Of a stretch of 64,000 bases of DNA, positions 1 through 12,388 are shown piece by piece. This DNA is from Squalus acanthias (Eukaryota), in contig CM059432.1 in assembly GCA_030390025.1 (NCBI GenBank), positions 101,000,001 to 101,064,000 on the forward strand. The letters are read 5' to 3'. How positions within the stretch are numbered: position 1 is the stretch's first letter; every line of letters starts with the position of its first letter. The translations under genes were made by a program, and so were the position numbers. The notes under the pieces are model-generated. The model was given only the letters and a program-made list of their open reading frames with translations. It was not told the origin of the DNA and ran no database searches.

Positions 1-61
1 AGACTTAACCAGGCGAAATGAGGCCCAATTTTGGGGACCAACGTACTGCGCCCCAAGGACA

Positions 62-465
62 CAGGCAAGGCTGTCTTTATTGCCCATCCCCAGTTGCATT
101 GAGTAGAGGCAACATATGCTCAAAGTCAGAATGGTTTGTGACTTGGAGGTGATGGTGTTCCCATGACATTGCTGCTCTTGTCCTTCCCAGTGATAAAAGT
201 TACAAGGCTAGGAGATGTTGGTGAAGTAAGCTTGGCGAGTTGATGCAGTGCATCCTATACATAGTGAAGTGGTGGTGAAGGGAATTTGGTGACAGAGGCA
301 CCAATTGAGCAGACTGTTTTGTTCTGGATGGTGTCTGGACTGTTGTTGTGGCTGCACCCATCTAGGCTAGTGGTGAGAATTGCATCACAGTCCTAACTTA
401 AGCCTTGTGATCAATGTGATCAACATGTCACAGAGTATCCAGCCTTTAACCTGCTCTTGTAGCCA
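62..465 (-). mobile_element. Diverged 3' fragment of a CR1-group (Zenon-like) LINE
   Basis: Reverse complement matches the 3' end of the 7370-8850 element (ttattgcccatccc, gtgacttggagg, gcacccatctaggc). Confidence 0.7.
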
Positions 466-479
466 AGATTTAAAAAAAT

Positions 480-660
480 GTATTCTTGGGATGTTGGAGT
501 CGCTGATAAGGCCAGCATCTATTGCCCATCCCTAGTTGCCCTGAGAAGTTGGTGGTAGACCTTCTTCTTTAACCATTGGTAGTGGTTTGATACAATTGAG
601 TGGCTTACTAGGTCACTTCAGAGGGCAGTTAAGAATCAACCACACTGGTGTGGGTCTGCA
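480..660 (-). mobile_element. Short SINE-like element: SINE body joined to the 3' tail of the Zenon-like LINE
   Basis: 590-660 is the reverse complement of the SINE body at ~7300-7370; 480-575 is the reverse complement of the LINE tail at ~8750-8840. Confidence 0.7.
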
Positions 661-802
661 GCCTGTGCCAGAGCAGTGAACGACAGACCGCAACTTCAGG
701 ATTTCCGCATGTGCCAAATCCCGAAGTTGCGGTCAGTTTCAAAGGTGGAATGACGACGAACGCTGCCAGTTCGCCGTCATCCCAACCGCAAGTTCCGGGC
801 CA
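661..802. mobile_element. Truncated Harbinger-type MITE end with internal hairpin
   Basis: gaccgcaacttcaggatt...aatcccgaagttgcggtc inverted repeat; similar to hairpins at ~25700 and ~57560. Confidence 0.5.
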
Positions 803-965
803 ATGTATATAAATTAAAATAATGGTATATACATATGGAAATAGTAGTACTGGGTAAATAAACAGATTCTGTGTAATTTTATTTCTGTGACTGAACTATT
901 TACATATTTTTTTTAACCATTCTTACATTTAACCGTATCATTTCCTTAATCCCAGTGTTCAAAGT

Positions 966-1532
966 GGAGTGATTTTAACCCTACCTGCCCAGTGGAAACC
1001 TGATGGATGGGCAGTTAAAATGACCTGGGTTACTTACCTGCCATTTCCAATTTTAACAAATGCTTCTGGACAGGTGGCTAAGCTGGCAAGGTCCAAATTT
1101 ACATATGCTAATCGAGGTCTGATCAGCCTGAGTGGTGAAGGCCTGCATGAAGAGGATTGTGGTGTTGAAGAGGCCCTCCTGGTAATACTTTTTAACTTTT
1201 CTTTATGCGCCTCCAGACCCAGAAAGAAAATTTAGGAATCCCCTGCCCCAGACTCTGCCCATGCCCCCCACCTCGCTCCCCCACAACTACGAGAACCTCT
1301 TCTCTACACTTACCCGGGTGCCAGCAGGCTGCCCGATTTTCCAAAGGCCAGCAGCTGCTGCTTCCTGCCCGCTTCCGGCTATTCCGGGTGGGAAGAGGGA
1401 CAGTGGCATGTTAATGAGGCCAGGCGTTTAAAATTGGTGTGGCCTCATTCTGCCGTGGGCCAGGGTTGGTGGGGGACTAATTGAAGCCAACAATTTCCTG
1501 CCAGAAACCTGTTGACAGTTAAAATCCCCTCC
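966..1532. mobile_element. Non-autonomous DNA transposon (Harbinger-type MITE)
   Basis: TIR ggagtgattttaac ... gttaaaatcccctcc; GC-rich island in AT-rich intron. Confidence 0.6.
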
Positions 1533-1689
1533 AAACTAGTATATAGTCACATAATACTGCAGTAGAAAGAGAACCCAATATTACCTACTCAAAAAATAAA
1601 GATAAAAGTAAATAATTTTCAAAACTTATATCAGTAACTAAAAAAATGATAAAGCAAATTAATATTGTATATTCTCATAAAATGCATGA

Positions 1690-1821
1690 GGATCAAGGGA
1701 TATGGGGATAGTTCAGGAAAGTGGAGATGAGGTAGAAGATCAGCCATGATCTTATTGAATGGTGGAGCAAGCTCGAGGGGCCGAATGGCCTACTCCTGCT
1801 CCTATTTCTTATGTTCTTATG
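1690..1821 (+). mobile_element. CR1 LINE 3' end
   Basis: gatcagccatgatcttattgaatggtggagc...ttcttatgttcttatg tail, same as 46345-46428 and 56445-56577. Confidence 0.9.
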
Positions 1822-1889
1822 CATGTAAAAAATATATAGTATTCGGGCCATTTGATGGCTCAACAGGATGGAACTTTGTCCTCATACAT

Positions 1890-2110
1890 CGGGATCTGAC
1901 TTTGAATCTAGCCCAGAATAATGAGATAAAAGCTTCACTGCATGCCAAGAGTAAGGTCTGAAATGAATGAGTTTGGGTAGTCTTAACACAGTTCCTTTGG
2001 GCATTAGTGCACAGCACAAAACTGTCCATAATTCAGTGCTAATTGGCACTAAATTTGGTAATTTCACTTAGAGAGGCCGTAAGAATTGCTGGTGTGGGAA
2101 ATGGAACCAT
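1890..2110 (+). mobile_element. LF-SINE-like ancient SINE fragment
   Basis: tgaaatgaatgagtttgg...cagttcct...cacaaaac...ctaattggcac...gagaggcc resembles the LF-SINE core as I recall it; not aligned. Confidence 0.5.
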
Positions 2111-2169
2111 CAGTGATAGTATATCTGTGTGTGTACTCATCTGATTCCTTTTGTTGGAAAGTCAGTGAC

Positions 2170-2460
2170 AATTGGTCTTTAAGGTAAAGTTGTCACTAAG
2201 AGCAAGGAGGGAACTTAGGATAAACTTCTTTATGGAGAGAGTTGTTCGAACATGGAATGCCTTGCCACAAGGATGATTGAGGCACAGACCATTGCATCTT
2301 TTAAGGGAAAATTGGATGAATATTTAAATCAGAGGGAGATACAGGGCTATGGGAAGAGCAGGTCAGTTGGATTCATTTTGGATTGCACCAGCAAAGAGCC
2401 AGAACAGACATGATGGGCTGAATGGCATCCTTCTGTACTGTAAATTTCTATGATTCTATG
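2170..2460 (+). mobile_element. Older CR1 LINE 3' fragment
   Basis: aacttcttt...tggaatgccttgcc...tgatgggctgaatggc; ends in (ttctatga) tail. Confidence 0.8.
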
Positions 2461-3018
2461 GAATGAAGGCAAATTGTTATTGTGGCGTGTTTTTAATCTC
2501 TAGCCAACCCATGCTGTACCTAACTTGAGCATGATTATTGCTGATACAAGTGCAAAATGTGGAAAGTATTCTATTCCACATCAACATCCTTCATCTTAGT
2601 GACCAAAATGAGGGCTTTATTACAACTAAACAGTAATGAATTCCCATTATTATGTTGTTCATTTTCTGAATAGACATCTAACAATATACATTATTATTTT
2701 AATATGTGATTTAGGATGCTGAAATTTGTCGTGAGCTATCAAACACGAGGAGTAGATTAGAAGCCAGTTAAAATTTTAATTTCTACTAATACAGGATTAC
2801 CAGAACACATAAATCATTAATGCAGCAACAGATATTCAAATCTCAAGTGCAATAAAACCAAGAAACAAAAATAAAAGTAAGTCCTGTACAATCCTTTTGT
2901 TAGTAGTTTCAATAACACGAATAGAAATTTTACATCATGCAACATTGCCTCAGGCTCCCAGTGCTGTTTATACTACAGGGTACATTTCACAGCAGCCAGA
3001 ACAAAAAATAAAAACAGT

Positions 3019-3620
3019 GAGGTAGAAATTGGTATGCATTACACCTGTTTTTTGGGTGTAATATGGGCACAAAGCTTACCAATTTAGCAGTGGGATGGCG
3101 TGCGCCCAATCTGTGCAGGCGTTGGTTCCACTGCTAAATTCTTGAGGCCCTTTTTTTTATGCGTCTCGCATGGATGGCTAAAATATGTGTTAGGCCCCTT
3201 CAATATGTAAATTAGGGGCCTAATGCCTGTGGAAGGACTCCATTGAGAAATTTGTCAGTAATGAGCTGTGCAGACGCCAGGCCTACTCTGCTCATAATTC
3301 TTCAGCGGCCCCTGTGGCTGCCGACTCCAGGTAAGGGATTACTAAAAAAAAATCCTTCTGAGCCATGAGGAGCAGGAGTGCTCCTCTAACTCCATAGCAA
3401 TCGCGATTAACCCCATGCTCCCATGGACCACTCCAGTTTCCCCCCTCCCGGGTCTTACCTGAGGACTGCTGCCGGGAAGGCAGGTGGCACGACATTGAAG
3501 TCTACGCCCAGACAGGCACGACCAACATCGGCAGCTCACGTCTAGTATGTTAATGAGGTCCGGGGACCAATTCCCATCGATCCTTGGGCAAAAAGAGGTC
3601 CGGACTCATTTCCAGGCCTC
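3019..3620. mobile_element. Harbinger-type MITE, diverged
   Basis: ggtagaaatt ... atttccaggcc ends; internal ggagcaggagtgct motif shared with ~18160-18520. Confidence 0.5.
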
Positions 3621-5149
3621 TGTTTCTAAGTTATAATTTATGATTTTTTTCCTGGCCAGCAAACCTTTCTCAGTGCTTGGCAGGATACATTTGGGCAGCT
3701 TGAGCAAACCGACTTTGCTGACCTGCCTGAGTGGACTGAGCTGCTTGGCCCATTGGTGGCCAGAAAATATGGCTGCCAAGACAATGTTTATTCTCACTGA
3801 CAGTGCTGCTCATGAAGGTGCCCAAGAAAATGTCATCTTTTGATGTGTCTCAAGTCAACAATTTTTAATTGAAAGCTCCTTTAAAGTAATAAAACATCAA
3901 AAAAGGCTTTGTTGAAGTGACAGCCAGACACAGAGCAGCAATGAAAGAAAGATTAAAGAGAGATAACTGAAGTTCATCTAGAAGTAGCAGTGTTGCCTCA
4001 TTTATTTTACCCCATTGTGACTGACATAACCTCTAACTTTAATGGTCAAGTACACAATGCTATAAAAGTATAAAATGCTAGTTAACCTCCCCTGGCATCA
4101 GACACGGGGAGTCTAGGCCAAATGCTGTCTTCAGTTGAAGCAGGATTAGAGAGTGCAGGAGAATTGGACCAGTGTGTGTAATGTAATACAGACCTCATTT
4201 TGAAGTTGTATATTCTGCCCTTATTTTTATACTAGATTAGTATTTATAGCTAAATAGCAATACCAATAGCAATTTGGGAAGCAGAAAAGTAGAGGTGTCT
4301 GGAGCGTGCGAGTTTCTTTGCAGTGAAGACTGAGTTGCTCGAACATGTAAAACTGAGGTGCTAGAGCGGGGTGCAATGACATATTTATATAGCCAGTTTC
4401 CATCATAAATATTGACATAGGGATTTATAACAGGAAAAAGTTGACAGAAAAGTGTGATAAAAATGACAACAGAAAGTTAGGTTTTGCAGACAGGAAGTGC
4501 ACGTAGATACAAGGTTTTTAATGCATCATCGATATACTGATTTCCAACAAAAATATAAACAAATCCTCGAAAGAGCAGCAAGGAACAAAAAGCAGCCACA
4601 CAACCAACTGCAAAGCCAGACTGCCTCAGTGAAAAGATTACAAGCCAGTTGTGAAGATGAATGAGAAACACTGTGACAATGACTAGCTATCAGTGGACAG
4701 GTTAAAGAGACCATTTCTTAGTCACAGGATTAGTTTATACCCTGCAGCAACTATACAATGGGAAACATGTAGTAAAGGATTAAAAAAAAACAGGAAAAGT
4801 CTGGAAATATGTAGCAAATCTGTCACAGCTGAAAAGAGGGCGGTTATTATTTTAGAGATGCTCCATGAAAACTGAGAAGAGAATAGAGCCAAGCCCCTTT
4901 ATAGGATTGTCTTGCTATTTATTTCCAACATTTTCTGTTTTTATACAGAAAACCTTATCAGTAGAGTGTAGAAAAATAAAGTGATTGAAGTTATTACAGA
5001 ACAATAGAAAGAGAGTAACAGAAAAATGGATTACAGATAGCAATAAGAGATATGCATATAAAATACTTTAGCCTTGTGTAATATGCAAAGATTAAAAGGT
5101 AAAAGGAACTCTTTATTCCCCTCATAGTTGTTTTACACAACAATTAAAA

Positions 5150-5390
5150 CCACAGAAACAGGCCATTCGGCCCAACCAGTCTGTGTTGGTGTTTATCCTC
5201 CTCACGAGTAATGGTCCCATATGCCTGCCCTGCTTCTATATCTCTTTATTCCCCTCAAGCACCATTTTTAAATTTGGACATGATCTCTGTTTCACACACT
5301 AACTCTGGTAGTACATTCCAGAGCCGCACAACCCTCCATGTAAAACAGCTTCTCTTGCCATCTGTTCTAAAGCTTTTACATTTAATTTTA
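5150..5390 (-). mobile_element. Old CR1 3' fragment
   Basis: cacagaaacaggccattcggcccaaccagtctgtg is the reverse complement of a CR1 3' UTR. Confidence 0.65.
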
Positions 5391-5689
5391 TAACTGTCCC
5401 ATGTGTGATTGTGTAGTATTTTATATTTTTTATAGCACTGGTTATGCCAGTCAATTTGTCAAGCCAGCGCCACTAAATCTTACTCGGCGGATTTGTCGCT
5501 CGGCAGGACTTCTGATCCGCACAGTTAAAATCGTGGCGGGGTCCACATGACTTCATCGGACCCCTATTTATAGCTATCAATGTGGCACCCGCCTGTTTTT
5601 GATTTAAATGTGTGAAGGAATGGGACAAAGTAGATAGAAACAGATTGCTTCCGGTAGTTGATTGGTTTACAATGAGTGGACTCTGACTG

Positions 5690-5945
5690 TGGCCTCTTGT
5701 GCATCCTCCCCACTTTTCATCCACCATTGGTGGAATGTCTTTAGCCGTATAAGCTCCATGCTCTGGAATTTTCTACCTAAACCTGTCCACCTCTCCATTT
5801 CCCTTTCCTCCTTTAAGACCCTCCTTAAAACCTCACTGACCAAACTAATATCTCCTTACTGAGTTTGGCAACCTTTTTTTTATTATTATGCTTCTGTGAA
5901 GTGCGTTGTGATGTTTTTCTATGTTAAAGGTGCTATATAAATTCT
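5690..5945 (+). mobile_element. L2 LINE 3' fragment
   Basis: ctctggaatt...tcctttaagaccctccttaaaacc...gttaaaggtgctatataaat, homologous to 12001-12388. Confidence 0.75.
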
Positions 5946-5974
5946 TCCTGCTTCAGTAGTAGTAGTAGTATAGT

Positions 5975-6360
5975 GCTCTGGTCAGACTGCATCTTTAGTA
6001 CTGTGTCCAGTTCTGGCGACCAAGCTCTGAAGACAATGCAGAGAAGAGCCACAGGACCGATTCCTAGCCTCAGATAACTGAGTTATGAGGAAAGATTGAA
6101 CAACTTGGATTTTTCAGCCTTGAAACTGGATCACTTGGAAGGGACATCTTAAAAGTATATAATATATTTAACTGTATAGAAAAAGTAAATGCAGAACACT
6201 ACCTCAAATTAAATAATGACACTAGGACAAAGGGCACAGGTTAACAAAAAGCAAATGTAGGATATATCAGGAAGTTCTTCTTCACTCAAGAGATGGCAAA
6301 GGCTTCCAAGTAGAGTCATGGAGGCAAAATCCTTGGAATCATTCTTCCTGGATGGGTCAC
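5975..6360 (+). mobile_element. Old CR1 ORF2 3' fragment
   Basis: agtactgtgtccagttctgg (EYCVQFW-like), agttatgaggaaagattg. Confidence 0.65.
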
Positions 6361-7085
6361 ATGGCTTTCCTTTCAATATCTCTCTTATGATTTTGTGATG
6401 TAGAATGTGAGGTGAGATCGGCATTCAGAAGTTTTGTTTGATTTACATTGTGTGGAAAGGAAAGAGGCAGAAATTTAGCAGAATTTTTCTTGAAGATAAA
6501 TGAGATTGGTAGAGTTCACGATAGAGTGGACTGTACATGGTCAGTGATGGCTTTTTTTTTTCTTATTCCATTTTATGTTCTCAAATTCTGAACTGGCAGT
6601 TCCACAGCATAGTCACATATCAACTATTTTTAACACTCTGTCATGCTTGGTATGGGATTTAATTAAACATGATCAATTGGGTTCTGCCTTATTCCTATCT
6701 TCAATGCAAGAAAATTCTTCTGGGATAATTCAGCTCATTGCTTGAATCTTCCAAAGCTTTTAAATGGATTTCAACCCTATAACCTGATTTAATTCTCTGT
6801 TTAATATTCTGCCTCTGTTCATTTGCATTTTTGTGCAATGAAGCATTCATTTCTGATCAATAGCCTTAATATCTGGCATTACAGTTGCCCAACTGCTAAT
6901 AGAACTTTTGTACAGGATCTCAGAGCACTGATAATAGCAATAAGAGATCTTTAACAAATGATCTGTTGACACGTGATAAAAGAGTAGAAAGCCATGGCAC
7001 AATATCCGAGGGGCTACATACTAAACATATCAATCAGAAATGAACAAATTTTCACACTAGAATACAAAGTTATTTTAAACTTTAA

Positions 7086-7370
7086 GGGAACAGTAGCATA
7101 GTGGTTATGTTACTTTCAAATCCCACCACGGCAGCTAGGGAAATTAAATTCAGTTAATTAAATAAATCTGGACTAAAAAGTTAGTATCTGTAATGGTGAC
7201 CATGAAACTACCGGATTGTCGTAAAAACCCATCTGGTTCACTAATGTCCTTTAGGGAAGGAAATCTGCCGTCCTTACTTGGTCTGGCCTATATGTGACTC
7301 CAGACCCACAGCAATGTGGTTGACTCTTAACTGCTCTCTGAAATGGCCTAGCAAGCCACTCAGTTGTAAC
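7086..7370 (+). mobile_element. tRNA-derived SINE head and body
   Basis: A-box-like tagcatagtgg (7094-7104), B-box-like ttcaaatcc (7115-7123); body recurs at 590-660. Confidence 0.75.
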
Positions 7371-8850
7371 AAACCGGTACAAGAAACAAAAATAAGAAAA
7401 AAACCGGACGGACCACCCGGCATCAGCTTTGGATACAACAACAGCGCACCAAGCCCCATGAAGTCTCATGGCTTCAGGTCAAGCATGGGCAAGGAAATCT
7501 CCTGCTGATTACCACCTATCACCATGTTAAACACCACTTCGAAGAAGCACTGTGCAAGGGACAGAATGTACTCTGAGTGAAAGACTTCAATGTCCATCAC
7601 ACCGAGCAGGCGCAATCCTGAAGGACATAGCTGCCTGCAGGACATAGCTGGGCCTGCAGCAGGTGGTGAGAGAACCACCATGAGGAAAAAACCTACTTGA
7701 CCTCATCTTCAACAATCTACCTATCGCAGATACATCTGTCCATGACAGTATTGGTAGCAGTGACCACCGCACAGTCCTTGTGGAGACGAAGTCCCGTCTT
7801 CACACTGAGGATACCCTCCATCGTGTTGTGTGGCACGACCACCATGCTAAATGGGAGAGATTCAGAACAGTACTAGCAGCTCAAAACTGGGCATCCATGA
7901 GGCGCTGTGGGCCATCAGCAGCAGCGGAATTGTATTCCACTACAATCTGTAACCTCATGGCCCAGCATATCCCTCACTCTACCATTAACGTCAAGCCAGG
8001 GGACCAACCCTGGTTCAATGAGGAGTGTAGAAGAGTATGCCAGGAACAGCACCAGGCATACCTAAAAATGAGGTGCCAACCTGGGGAAGTTGCAACACAG
8101 GACTACATGCATGCTAAACAATGGAAGCAGCATGCTATAGACAGAGCTAAGTGATCCCACAACCAACGGATCAGATCAAAGCTCTGCAGTCCTGCCACAT
8201 CCAGTCGTGAATGGTGGTAGACTATTAAGCAACTGACGGGAGGAGGAGGCTCCATGAACATGCGTGCTGGGCTCCGCCATCATTGTGAGTGCAAAAGACA
8301 AGTTTGAAGCGTTTGCAACCATCTTCAGCCAGAAGTGTGATGGAATACTCTCCACTTGCCTGGATGAGTGCAGCTTCAACAACACTCAAGAAGCTCGACA
8401 CCATCCAGGACAAAGCAGCCCGCTTGATTGGCACCCCATCCACCACCTTAAACATTCACTCCCTCCACCACCGGCGTACCATGGCTGCAGTGTGTACCAT
8501 CTACAAGATGCACTGCAGCAACTGGTCAAGGCTTCTTCGGCAGCACCTCCCAAACCCGCGACCTCTACCACCTAGAAGGACAAGGGCAGCAGGCACATAG
8601 GAACACCATCACCTCCAAGTTCCCCTCCAAGTCACACACCATCTTGACTTGGAAATATATCATCGTTCCTTCATCGTCGCTGGGTCAAAATCTGGAACTC
8701 CCTCCCTAACAGCACTATGGGAGTACCTTCACCACGTGGACTGCAGCGGTTCAAGGCGGCGGCTCACCACCACCTTATCAAGGGCAACTAGGGATGGGCA
8801 ATAAATGTTGGCCTCGCCAGAGACGCCCACATCCCAGGAACAAAAAAAAA
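7371..8850 (+). mobile_element. Internally deleted CR1-group (Zenon-like) LINE, endonuclease remnant plus C-terminus and A-rich tail
   Basis: Peptides DFNVHH, LDLIF, SDHRTV, PGDQPWFNEECRR, SVMEYSPLAWMSAA...KLDTIQDKAARLI; RT core absent; clade assignment is by motif resemblance. Confidence 0.8.
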
Positions 8851-8913
8851 TCTAAACAATGAGAGTAGGACAAGGGGCCACAAGTGCAAGCTAATAAACG
8901 GCAAATAGTTGTA

Positions 8914-9619
8914 GGGGGAAAAAATTGGTTTGCTTTGCGTCTCCCGTTAGTGCCCCGCCGGGCGCTAACGGGGTGCAAAGCACCTAGCGCCCGGGCACGG
9001 CACCACTAACGCCGCCCAAGAAATTGAGCGGGAGGTTAGCAGCGGCGGTAGTCGGTAGCGCCCTGCTGCGTTGCGCCTCCGGTGATGACGTCATCGCCGT
9101 GCGCAGTGCCCCGGCCGCAAACTTGTCCGACAGGGTCAGGGTGGCGTTTCTGCAGCAGGGGCGGCGCAAATGAAAAGGCAGGTGCCGGGTGGCCTTTTTT
9201 TTTGGGCTGCCTGCCAGCACCTGCCCCCTCTCACCTCCTCAGGCGGGGTGCCGGCCGCGATCGGTCAGCCTGGCACTCCTCTTGAGCGCCGGGCTCTTTT
9301 GCCGGCAGCCCACTCCCCGCTGGTCCAGCAGGGCCTCGGTGCGCGCTTGCGCTAGGCTCCTCCCCTTTAATCAGGGGAGGGAGGCCTGCAGTACCGCGGT
9401 ATTACATGCTGGCATATGTGGCGCTGCTGCACATGGCACCGCGATATTGAATGGGAGCGCCCCAAGAGGGAGGGGGAGCGCTTACAGTAGCACCCCGCCT
9501 CCTGCTTGGGGCACTACCATTCAATTTCGTGCGCGGGGGCGTTAACCTTTTCGGGGCGCTAAAAGTAGTGCCCCGGCAAAGTTATTGCCCCAAAGGGGGC
9601 GTGAGCCAATTTTCCCCCC
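8914..9619. mobile_element. Harbinger-type MITE (ttagcgcc family)
   Basis: TIR gggggaaaaaattgg / ccaattttcccccc, flanks gta/gca; inverted homolog at 31775-32245. Confidence 0.8.
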
Positions 9620-9755
9620 GCAGAATCTTAAATGGTAAAATGCTATCTCGTGGACCCTTAATTTCCAAAGTGTACAGCTGTACATTGTCTAGCCTGACCT
9701 TGCCATAACATACTGCAGTTTGGTTTCTTTCTTAACGATGCCAAGTAAGTATAAT

Positions 9756-9916
9756 GGGATATACATTTGTCTTGGGCAGTAGCACAAATTGGGTGATAGC
9801 GAATTGGCTGCTCCGTTTTGCTCTCAGCCTGATTTTCTTTTCGAATGAAGTCAAAATGGGGCTGCTGATTTGCTATCACCCATTTTGTGCTCCCGCCCAA
9901 GACAAATGTATACCCC
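9756..9916. mobile_element. 161-bp palindromic MITE
   Basis: ~50-bp imperfect inverted arms (gggatatacatttgtcttgggcag / ccgcccaagacaaatgtatacccc), AAT TSD. Confidence 0.85.
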
Positions 9917-12000
9917 AATCTTTTGAAAACCATAAAGCTTGTTTTTAACTGTCTCTTAGTCACGACTGAAATGAATAGGCTTTGTCACAGACAGACCCAC
10001 TGGGCATCTTTTATGACATACAAGATAAAATTCCATTCAAAACAGCTATTGTTTACAAGTCACTGCAAAATCACTTTTCTTTCACAGCACAGTGGGTTTT
10101 TCTGCAGTAGATCAGTTATACTGATCCTTCCTATGGATCTCAAATTGATGCACTGTTTCCCTTAAGGACTTATAACCCCTGCAGTACAGTACTATCAGCA
10201 ATAGCTGAAAACATTTTCAATGACATAATGCACAGGTAACATTTTACAGGAACTGCACACTGAAGATGTATGCACTTTTGTCACCTATCAGCAAGGACTG
10301 AGTCCCATGTGTCCATTTGCCATCGTGTATATACTTTGAAATGTTAGAATTCAGCATCATCCCTACAGAGTCAGGTTAACTTTTTTTTATATGACTGCAT
10401 AAATGGCTGCTGGTATGAATAATTATTTATCTCTGTGACATGCTGGTTAACTTAATTGACCATATGATCAATAGTTCATGTGTGTGGGGGATTACTAAAA
10501 AAACAAAAATTATACCAGGGAACAAACAATTAGTCATTAACATCAGTGAATGGTGTTCCAGAATTTGCTAAAGGTGCAGAAGGTAAGAACCCTGCAGAGT
10601 TTTAGGATCCAGATGTTTCAGGCTGTTTTGACAATGCAGATATCAGATAATGATAGTGCGTTATTAGCTGCTCTTATTTCTGATTTCAGAAATTTGCATT
10701 TTTTATCTCTTAACTCTTAGTATGAGTTGACTACAGCGCTAACAGATTACATAGACAGGCATACACTCCAAAAGGACGTGCTGAACCCATGTTCTCTGGA
10801 GATATAATTATACAGTTTTCTTATTTTCAAAAAAAATTAAATATGAGCTCCATTCTCCAAACACCCAAGTACACATTTTTTTATGCGTATCAATCTGAAA
10901 GATTGTCAGTACTGAGGAATGGAATATTCCACATTGTGATGGAAGTCCAACCTCAGGAGCTATTATTTCCAGAAAACCCTTCTTCTAATTGTTCAGGACA
11001 GATAACATTGCTCCTTTGTGCAAACATGTTACAATGACGTGTAGTTAACGAAATGGACTTTCAAGTACTGGCTATCTGCTCTGAATACATGAGTGACATT
11101 GTTTCTCTACACGCTGATTGGAATGGGGCTAAGAAATCAATAACTTCCAGATACAGCACTGTAGAAAAAGCAGTGACCAGGGAAACTAAGGAACCATCAA
11201 ATGAATAACAACTTCCTCAATTCTTGAACATGAAAGCTAACTAAAATTCTCAGCCTGCTATAGAGATTGCTGACCTCAGTACCACTTCTGTGCATATAAG
11301 CACTACTGATAACTGCAGGATTAGAAAGTAGGTGCTCTCAGTTTGCAGCATATCTGCTAACTCCAGTTTACAAAGGCTAATGATGGTGTCATAGGTTTCA
11401 GATGTGCTAATTTTTCAAACAAAAGACATTCGGTAAATTTCATGCATGTTGACTGGGCAGAGTTAATTCAGCAGTAAAGCCAAATTTACATTTCATTGAT
11501 GCTGAAATGGCTCCATAAATGAGACTACTTTTAATGTTATGACTGATCAGAACGGATTGCACCCCATTTTATACTTTCAACTGGAGGCTAAAATTCAGCA
11601 GATGTCACATCTGTTCTGACCACTAATTGGCATTGTGAACAGGTGTAAGAAGACATAATGGGGGCATCAACGCAAGAAATGCAAACCACCAATCAAAGGT
11701 ACATCATATAAAAAGAATAGCTATAAATAAAAACAAAGAAGTTTCAAGCATCAGACTACAAAATACACCAGAACAAAACACAGAACACTATGAATTGCAA
11801 CTAGGCTTGAAATAATCAATGCTTTCCAAATACATGCTAAGAAGTCAATAACTTGTAGAGACAGTGAAATCAAACAACCATTAAATGAATAACAACTTAC
11901 GAAGTCTTTAGACATGAAAACAAAAGTTAACGGACTGGTGCTGAACTGTAAAGAGCAAGAGAAACTACTGACCTGATTATTACACAACAATCACTCAGTG

Positions 12001-12388
12001 ATTTAAAATTCCCATCCTTGTTTTCAAATCCCTCCATGGCCTCGCCTCCTCCAACCCTACAGCCCTCTGAGATCTCCGCGCCCCTCCAAATCTAGCTTCT
12101 TGAACATCTTCGATTTTCATCACTCCATGAGTGGTGGCCATGCTTCAGCTGCCTAGCATCTAAGCTCTGGAATTCCTTCCCTAAGCCTCTCCGTCTATCT
12201 ACCTCTCGCCTCCTTTAAGGCGCTCCTTAAAACCTACCTCTTTGACCAAGCTTTTGGTCACCTGTCCTAATATCTCCTTATATGGTAAGGTGTCAAATTT
12301 TGTTTGCTAACGCTCCTGTGAAGCACCTTGGGACATTTTACGATGTTAAAGGTGCTATATTAATGCCAATTGTTGTTATTGCTGTTGA
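12001..12388 (+). mobile_element. L2 LINE 3' end
   Basis: Reverse complement of 22246-22640; FKILILVFKSLHGL-like sequence; ttgttg tail. Confidence 0.85.

Noticed and set aside
7086..7130. Functional tRNA gene
   Set aside because: A and B boxes are only about 10 bp apart, with no cloverleaf; it is a SINE head.
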